Positions 55,492 to 64,000 of a stretch of DNA of 64,000 bases are shown here, in pieces. The notes beneath the pieces are model-generated. The model saw nothing but the letters and a program-made list of their open reading frames with translations, had not been told where the DNA came from and ran no database searches. The stretch lies in assembly GCF_009914755.1 (NCBI RefSeq), contig NC_060926.1. One strand, 5' to 3'. Source of the stretch: the human T2T-CHM13v2.0 reference genome, Homo sapiens. The position numbers were made by a program, and so were the translations under genes. Positions within the stretch are counted from its first letter, which is position 1, and the number at the start of each line of letters is the position of its first letter.

Positions 55492-55592
55492 TATATGTAC
55501 AATGATTTTTTTCAGTTACCTTTAATTTAAATCAAAGAGTTATATGTACAATGATATTTTTTCAGTTACCTTTAATTTAAATCAAAGAGTTA
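55492..55592. repeat. Tandem duplication, 49/50-bp unit x2
   Basis: tatatgtacaatgat(a)ttttttcagttacctttaatttaaatcaaagagt at 55492-55540 and 55541-55590. The copies differ by one inserted A. Confidence 0.96.
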
Positions 55593-56777
55593 GTTTTTTA
55601 AAGCACCTCACCCTTCACATTTAAACTTTTAAAATGCCTTTTTAGAAGAGATGACAGCTTTTACTATTCTTTTGCAAGTGTCCATTAAAATGTATATTAC
55701 AAACATTAAAATATATTCAATGCCAAATCTGCAGAATATTAATATTCATATTTTATTATATATGTATTCATTGAAAGCATTGAAATAAGAATGTTAATAA
55801 TATTTTATGTTTATATGTACACAAATACATATGTCTATTCCAAATACATATGAGCCATTTGTACTTGCAATTTTATATTTTTATATTTTATATTTTATTT
55901 TAAATTCCATTTTCTCATTCTATCTTTTGTCTCTTAATAGGTGTAGATATTATATGACTGGTAAGATTGATTAAGTGAAAGGAATATTAGATACATGCAG
56001 GCATGCATAAAAAATACATTTGGAAATGATATAATTTATTTCAGGTTTAAAGCCTCTCCAGAACTGAAAATAGTCATAATAGTACTGCTGATAGCTACCT
56101 TCCATTTATCTGATGTAATTTAAATCAAAAAGCACACAAGGAATTTTTTAAAAAACAGACCATAGGACAGAAACGTTATACACTAGGGTGTTCTCCATGA
56201 AGAAAAAAGGTGCTATTCTTTTACTTATAGTACATCTTTATTAGTTTAGCCTAAAAATAGCCATTGACTTGTTTTTTATTATGTTCAATGTCAAAGTGAA
56301 CTTTCGATTTTGCAGGTGAAATGAATGGCTGCTTTGCTCAAAAATACTCTGGCAATCAGCCACACATTCTGCCAAACCAGCATGCTGACCACCTACTTGG
56401 CTTGAGTCAGATGGCTATTTGGAAAGCTTTTAGTAGTTATCGTTTTATGTGATATAGCTGCCCACTTTTCAGCATGACTCATTTATCATTTTATTCCAAA
56501 GAACTGAATTATCTTGTATTTTTTCTTATTATCTTTCTGGAGAGTCTGACAAGACTTTAATGTCAGTATATTTTTTACTAGAAAAGAACATATGCGATAT
56601 TTTGAAAACCGACTGAACTTGACAGCTTGAGAATTGACACGCAGAATATGTACATTTCTCACATTGCTTTGTAGGATATACGGGTGTTTACTTTTAGGGT
56701 CTGGAAACTTAAAGCTTTCTGTATAACACCTCCTGAGACCGTGTTTAAGATTTTTCAAATTAAAAAATACCTATAAG

Positions 56778-57062
56778 GGCCAGGCGCGGTGACTCACGCC
56801 TGTAATCCCAGCACTTTGGGAGGCCTAGACAGGTGGATCACGAAGTCAGGAGTTCAAGGCCACCCTGGCCAACATGGTGAAACCCCATCTCTACTAAAAA
56901 TACAAAAATTAGCCAGGCATGATCTTGGCGCATGTAATCCCAGCTACTTGGGAAGCTGAGGCAGAAGAATTGCTTGAATCTGGGGAAGTGAAGATTTCAG
57001 TGAGCTGAGATCACGCCACTGCACTCCAGCATGGGCGACAGAGCAAGACTCTGTCTCAAAAA

Positions 57063-57080
<18 letters not shown>
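56778..57080 (+). mobile_element. AluSg-like
   Basis: ggatcacgaagtcaggagttc, full dimer, A tail. Confidence 0.95.
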
Positions 57081-57112
<32 letters not shown>

Positions 57113-57156
57113 TATATACATATATACACACACACACACACACGCATATATATATA
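57081..57156. repeat. Compound (TA)n(CA)n microsatellite adjoining the Alu tail
   Basis: Directly visible. Confidence 0.92.
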
Positions 57157-57883
57157 GTCCATCTGGAGCGGTTGAATATAGAAAAACCTTGGTAAATAAA
57201 GTTGCTTTGGTAAATATAGTTACTATAAGTATTATATAGGCATTCATTTGTAATATATAAAATGTTAAATAAACCCCAATAACTCATTAATGTCTCATGG
57301 AAATTTGGAAACTGAAAATGCAAGTATTAACACTAAGGAAACTGTAGTAAGAAAAGGAATGGGGTAAAATTATGGAAACGCACATAGTACCTAGGAGAAA
57401 TGCCATGGTAATGTAAACTACTCATCAATAGATAACATCTCCCTTTCTGTTACTCTGTCTACTATACACTCACCCTATTTTTCCTCCAACCATTTTACTA
57501 CTTTACTACATCTTTCTCCCTGATCAAACTCTTGTTACTAGGTTAATTTAATTAGAAAACAGGGGACCTGAGACCACACTCAAAGTCTGGCGCACTACTG
57601 CTTCACCAGCACCTGGTACAGGGATCACATTGATGGCGGGCGGGGGGTAATATGGATGAAGAGAAATGACTAATAGATACTAGGAAAATATATTTACTGA
57701 TTAAAGTAAAGCTAGAGTCAGGGAATCTTCTCCAAGAGATCTGGAGGGCAGAAATCAGAAAAGAATCAGTCACAAGATCTATGTAAGTGAGGACATAGTA
57801 TCCAGAAGCTCAGGCAGTAGTTCTTCATCCAATTACAGAATAAAAGTTATTTGAAGTCAACATTAGAAATACACCTTGATTTA

Positions 57884-58187
57884 GCCGGACGTGGTGGCTC
57901 AGGCCTGTAATCCCAGCACTTTGGGAGGCCGAGGCGGGCGGATCACGAGGTCAGGGGATCGAGACCATCCTGGCTAACATGGTGAAACCCCGTCTCTACT
58001 AAAAATACAAAAATTAGCGGGGTGTGGCGGCGGGTGCCTGTAGTCCCAGCTACTCAGGAGGCTGAGGCAGGAGAATGGCGTGAACCCGGGAGGCGGAGCT
58101 TGCAGTGAGCAGAGTTCGCGCCACTGCACTCCAGCCCGGGCGACAGAGCGAGACTCCGTCCCAAAAAAGAAAAAAAAGAAAAGAAAA
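57884..58187 (+). mobile_element. AluY with TSD
   Basis: gagaccatcctggctaac, gagaatggcgtgaacccgggaggcggagcttgcag, many intact CpGs. TSD agaaata(c/t)accttgattta at 57865-57883 and 58188-58206. Confidence 0.98.
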
Positions 58188-58329
58188 AGAAATATACCTT
58201 GATTTATTTAAAGCACTGAAATAAATGTCAGTTTAATTATCCTTCCCACAACCACTATTGTGAAAGACATTCAACATCAAAGACTTGGCATCTTATGTGT
58301 GAAACCAGTAACGTATATTGGAAGAGAAA

Positions 58330-58550
58330 GTGTATTAAATGGGCAGAAAGGGCCTGCCATTTTGGCTTTTAACCCTAACTTTCCTCCTTACTAGTCATAT
58401 GACTTTGGATAAATGATTTAGCCTGAGTCTTAATTTAAGCTTTGATAACATGAAGATTGCAATGACTAACTCATAGGGTTGATATGATGTTGAGATAACA
58501 TATATAAAGTGTTTCATATACTTCCTAGTCCATAACAAGTACTCAATGAG
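58330..58550 (+). mobile_element. MIR SINE
   Basis: cttactagtcatatgactttggataaatgattta, taactcatagggttgatatga, aagtactcaat. Confidence 0.7.
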
Positions 58551-58739
58551 GGACTTCTATTTAGATATTTGTTAATAAAATCCTATCAACTTAATTAATA
58601 AAAATGTTAATATGAATCTTACATCTTCTTTTTCTACTCGTTTTCTTGTTTTTGTCAATTGTATTCAAAATATTTTTTCCAAATGTGCATATATAAGGAA
58701 AGTTAGGAAAATGAAAAGTTCTACAAACTAATAATGATT

Positions 58740-58889
58740 GAGGTTTAGGTGAGGGATGAGAAATTACCTATTTGGTACAAAGTACCCTATTTGGGTGATG
58801 GTTATACTGAAAGCCCAAACTACATTACTACATTAAATCCACTTAACAAATCTAAATAGGTGCCCCCTAAATCTATAAAAATTAAAAAA
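58740..58889 (+). mobile_element. L1PB/L1MA1-like 3'-terminal fragment
   Basis: gagggatgagaaattacctat, tttgggtgatggttatactgaaagccca, ccccctaaatctataaaaattaaaaaa. Confidence 0.8.
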
Positions 58890-61800
58890 GAATTGTAGTT
58901 TAACCCAATATTTAAGATCAAGAAATTTTAAATATCCATTTACTAATTTGGGGAATATTGAATTGGACAATTTTATTAACTATAATCATTAATATAAAAA
59001 TTACTTCCCTGCTATGATGAATCTTTGCGCATCATTGCATGGCAATTCGTAGCAATTTGTTGTAAATGTGAGTCGATGATGATGGTAGAAGTGATTAAAG
59101 GATACGTGTTATAAATGCATATGAGTAAATAGTCTAAAATTCAGTAGCTAGAACTTGTTGTAGGAATGTGTGTGATATAGTCATCAATGAGGGCTTTATC
59201 AGTGACAGGAGAGATAAATGTAAATGGGAAGAAAACAAAAAAACATAAATGCTAGAGGCTCTCAAACATCACTACTTCTATACATATCAAACAGAACTTT
59301 GCAATGTACAGAATATCCAATTTAAGTCAAAATAAGTTTTCTTTAAGCTATTGTTCTAACACTGATGAATTATGAACACTTACAGCATCACGTTGACAGC
59401 TAAGATTAGGATTATAACAATATTCAAATGAGAAAGAAATGAGATTCCAAAAGGAATGGCATAAATAAGCTAGAAAATGAAGTTATGATGTTGTGGACAT
59501 TAGCAAGCCAGGTTTCTCTAGTTATCACTCCTCTTCACATGCTCAGTCCAGAAGTGACTGTTCCTTATGGGAGATTGGGGAAATCACAAACTGGATCCGT
59601 ATCCTTAGAACTTCAGCTTCTAAATGTATATCTGCCAAATACACATGTGTGCACGTGCACACACACACACATATAAATAAATAAATCAAGTCTTGGACCC
59701 ACCATACTCTCTAATATGTGAACTTTGAGATAAAATTATTAAAGAAAAGTACATTTTATAAATTCAAGTGAAAAACAGTTTTGTCTTTTTGTTTCTACTC
59801 ATAAACTACTTCTTGGCAACAACATAAATTAACGCAGATCTCAAAGGTCTTTCCTAATGTCCATATTAATTTCGATACAATGGAAACATTTTACGGAAGA
59901 TTAAGGAATGCATTTTCAAATAAGTTCTTCAATTACTCTATATTGTTCCTCCCTGCTTGTCAAGAAACAAACTTAGTGAAGACTGCATTTTCTAGTATGT
60001 TAGTAGGTGGTCAGGGAGCATAAAATTCCCATGAAGCCATTCTTATAACCATGGCATTGGCAAACTAGCTTCTAGAAGCCATTAAACTTATATCATAAAT
60101 TTGGTCATTGCAAATCTATATAGGAATTGATGGGACATAGAGACTGAATTATGTATCACAGAACTGCTGAATGGCAAAGAAAGAATGCTCACTCGGATGC
60201 ACATTTTTATAGAGGAGAAATATATATTTTATGGTACCTATGTATTTTCAATGTTAAGTAACTGAAATTGTCACAGAATATGAATTATTGTATAATATTA
60301 CCATTCAATAAATGCAAGAGAAGCATTAGAATTCATAATTGTAAATTTATCCACAATTTTTGCTTGAGGAAAAAGGATATGGCAATTTTATAGGTATATA
60401 TTACGGAAAATACACAAAATATGATAATATTTGCATTGAATAGAACTATTTAAGTGTTTATCATTGAAGTATCAGAAATAAAGCTTGGCTTATAATTATA
60501 ATCAGCTCAGATCTCAGCTAGTGAGTTTTAGTTAGAAAAAATGTGTATTTAATTGCAGAGGTAAATCCATACATTTAGATCAATATTAAAATTTTAATTA
60601 ATAGTCTCATAATGCAAATGAGGCTAATGATTCTGTTTTAAAGGTTTGGAAAGTACATATTTCAGAAGAAATCTGTATCTACTTATTATAACAAATATTC
60701 TGAATTACAGTGCATATTTTATATTAAATGCTTATAAAGAATTTGAGATCCTGATAAATGAGTTAGCCTGGTGAGCAAGTTTATCACTTCTAGAATGCCT
60801 TGAGACTCATAAAATTAATCCCAATCATTCAATATATTTTAATTGTTTATCATTTATGAACATGCCAGGAGACCATTTAGAGAGGATTTATTCTGACAAA
60901 TAGGAATGTTTGCCCCCAATATATTGTATGAGCACAGTAAGGAATTCCCAAGCCTTCACAAAGAGAACGTTTTTATTAGTAAATTGATACATCTTTAGAC
61001 TGAGAAAGGGGAAGGTCATTATGAGTGAAATAATTCAGATTCTCAAGGTGCTGATGGGAAAGAAAACACAGTTATTTGACCATTAGATCCTGAAAAATGA
61101 GAAAAGTGTTATTTAAAAGAAAAGTATGACTTAGGGCACATCCACATAACATATAGGAGGTGAATTTTAATTAAATTGAGCCGGTCTCTATTGCTGGGGA
61201 GACTAAAGGGGACAACTGGAAAAGTCCTTGTTCTGGAAGCAGAGGTAATTTAGTAATATAATCAAAACCTACACTCATCAGATGCTTAAATTAGAGTTAT
61301 GGCCAAATAATCAATATGTATAAATTGAGTTTCAAGTACGATATGATTCTGTAACACACATTACTGTGTGTAAAAAATTAGTCATTTCTCATGTAATCTT
61401 TAACCATTTTTAAAAGTAAAAAGTTTACATAAAAACATAATCTATGATCTCTTTATTATGCTATAGATCTTCTTCTCTCCAAGAACTCTTTTTAAAAATT
61501 CAAATAAAAGTAGATCATGAAAGTACTTATGTAATTCGTTGTCTATACAATCAGCTTTAGAGCACAGACCTTCATGTGCCCCATGGGCTTTCTTTGTAAA
61601 TTTGATCTGGTGGCATGTATTTTTAGCCATTGTGTTATAAAGAGGGAGAAAATTATTTTCTTCTTTTCTTTTTCTTTTACTGGAAATAGGTAATGTAAAA
61701 CAACAAGAAGCAAATAAAAGGGTAAGAGATATCTTAAAGGAAATAAATTTTAAAAGTATGGATCTGATGGAAATAAATAAGACTGAAAGAGAAAGAGTCT

Positions 61801-63180
61801 ATATGCAATGCCCCTGAGATAGAAGGAAGCTTTGATGTGCAATTTCAGAGATCATGTGGACAGAGTGGTCACAGGACCTCACAGTAAACATCATTTTAGC
61901 ACCTTTGCACTGTAGTATCCTTCACCTAGAGTCTTCTCTCTTGCCTAGAAAACATTATCTTCCCCTCAAGCAAATGCCAGTTGCTGTAAACTTACCAGTA
62001 ACTGAAACACATTTTTCTCAGAAATGTTTTCCAGAAAAATTCATGCTGTGAATGGTACACAAATTTTCTAAAAGTAAAAGTTTCATCATAGGTGATTAAA
62101 TAACAACCTAGTGGCTGTCCGTGAGTATTTTACAAAACATTTATTTAATCTCCTAACACTACGTCAAGGTCTTGGAATAGTGTTGGTTGATGGCACCCAG
62201 CTTGTAAAGTTATCTTCAACAAATCTTTAAAATATTATTTCAATTTTGGCTTTTAAAGAGGTTACAACTATTACTTGCTGAAAATAATCTACAAATTGGA
62301 GTAGGCTGTAGCTTTATAAAAGTTAGCATAAACAATGATTAAATTATTTTTCACAACTTGATTCCTGTTATTAAAAAAAATACATAGTATCATTCAAGAG
62401 TGCAGTGTCTCTCACCGAAGGTTGTGTTCTGTTCTTATTTCCAGAAATATTTTAAAAATATTTACACACATACATGTACACACATCCCCCAATATATACA
62501 TCTATATGTATGTCTATATATTAACATATATATATATATATTTACACACACACGATACACCAATATACACATGTATTATTTAATTTTATGGATTAGGTCA
62601 TTCATTTTTATTTACATAAAATGAAATATATATTGTTATAATATAAAATGAAGATATATTATTTTCAGAAAAAAAAATTTCATATTAGCTTTTCTGAAAC
62701 TTGGAATTAAGATATAATATTGAGAATCTAACATTTCCCTTTCCATGTGATCCAAAAATTACTCTGGGTTATTAAACACTTGTGAAAAGGAAAAGCAGAC
62801 CAGAGCTTGCAAATTACAGGGATTTTGGAGACAAGAGGAACTTGATTAAAATCATGGTTTACCGCCTAATGTCAGGATAGATATTATCCTCAGTTTCTTC
62901 AACTATACAATTGTAATATACAATAGAAATTGTAATATGTAATCACTTGTGTAAGGGAGTCAGAATACCATACACTTTTGCTGTCTTTCCTCAATTACCA
63001 CTCTCTTGTCTTCAGAAAAATTGTAACATTTATACCCAGAAGAAGCTAAAAAGTCCCGAGAATAGTCAATAACTCTTCTTTATCTGTTTTAGCTCTGTGT
63101 CCCTAATCCACTTTGCCCATTTCTGCTTCTCAGGCTGATTGCATTGTTTCTATGCTTATGGAAGAATGCTCTGTCTAGAT

Positions 63181-63308
63181 CTTCATGCTTTCTAGAAAGA
63201 TATCCAGCACTAACATTCTTTTTCTTTACAATTGTTATGCTCCAGGCTTCATGCTCTCTAGAAAGATATCCAGCACTAACATTCTTTTTCTTTACAATTG
63301 TTATGCTC
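63181..63308. repeat. Tandem duplication, 62 bp x2 with a 4-nt spacer
   Basis: cttcatgct(t/c)tctagaaagatatccagcactaacattctttttctttacaattgttatgctc at 63181-63242 and 63247-63308, spacer cagg. Confidence 0.97.
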
Positions 63309-63614
63309 AAATGTCTTCAGATATCCATGAATTCATTCTATTCTGCACTACTCCCTTGAAGAAAAGTATAATTTTATGTGTCTCTAGAAGAGAAAAAAAA
63401 TATGTTCTGTTTAAGACTCTATCTTCTCTAATGTTTTTCCTCTACGATTGTTTTCTCTCACACTATTAATATTCCCTCTTTAAAAGAATTATGCACTAGT
63501 AGAGATAGGATTGACCAAATCTATAATTTTCTGCATGATTCACAAAGGTAATGAAAAGTAGTGACACAAAATTTCCAAATAAATGCTTGCTTGATGTCAT
63601 TCTAAAGGGAGAAA

Positions 63615-63713
63615 GTATATATACAAATATATATGTATATATATGTGTGTGTGTGTATATATATACACACACATATATGCATACATACATATAAATACAC
63701 ACACAATACATAT
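63615..63713. repeat. Compound (TA)/(TG)/(CA) microsatellite
   Basis: Directly visible. Confidence 0.9.
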
Positions 63714-64000
63714 AGTTTGTAACAAATATCTTGTGAAAGCCTAAGTGACAAGATTGATGTAATAAATTTAAATACATAGATGTATGGCAAGGTTCAAGCA
63801 TCTTTATTTTACATTTTCATTACAATTACTGGAAAAAAGTTATTGGCAAAATGTTGCTAAATGTATCTTTAAATAGAGTATGAGTACTCTATTTTTACTG
63901 AAACATTTGTGCTTCCTTTAATTTTCATAAGCCTCAAGTGTGAGAGGGACAGGCTGGAAAGCTCTGGTGGCAGGTTCTTTGCCACTTGTCTGACTGTAAT

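Noticed and set aside
56486-56758. 90-aa Lys-rich ORF in unique sequence
   Set aside because: TTG start, no family resemblance that I recognise and no supported splice structure. Length is compatible with chance.
57884-58187. CpG-dense patch suggesting a CpG island or promoter
   Set aside because: Fully explained by a young AluY.
63089-63469. Overlapping ORFs with a 22-aa repeat
   Set aside because: Produced by the 66-bp-period DNA duplication.

Overview
Very AT-rich, CpG-poor primate non-coding DNA, probably hominoid or human given an AluY pair and an L1PA2-type element. It looks intergenic or deep intronic. I can support no protein-coding gene, RNA gene, CpG island or processed pseudogene. 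The longer ORFs are L1 ORF2 remnants, Alu or microsatellite read-throughs, or chance ORFs. The window is a layered record of retrotransposition: old L2, MIR and L1M fragments, an apparently full-length L1MC1-type element with a surviving target-site duplication (TSD) and nested insertions, solo LTRs, about 11 Alus or Alu fragments, and young L1PA insertions. I found no evidence of a new gene-encoded biological system. The most unusual signals are rearrangement scars: (1) a ~370-bp inverted duplication inside an L1MA element whose arms share non-consensus changes, suggesting an old local inversion with duplicated breakpoint; (2) a 46-bp patch in a TA-rich tract that appears copied from 4.2 kb downstream and partly rewritten by fold-back; (3) four 5'-inverted (twin-primed) L1 insertions; (4) several 30-66 bp tandem duplications. 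Repeat subfamily names come from my recollection of consensus sequences, not from a database search, and boundaries of old elements are approximate.
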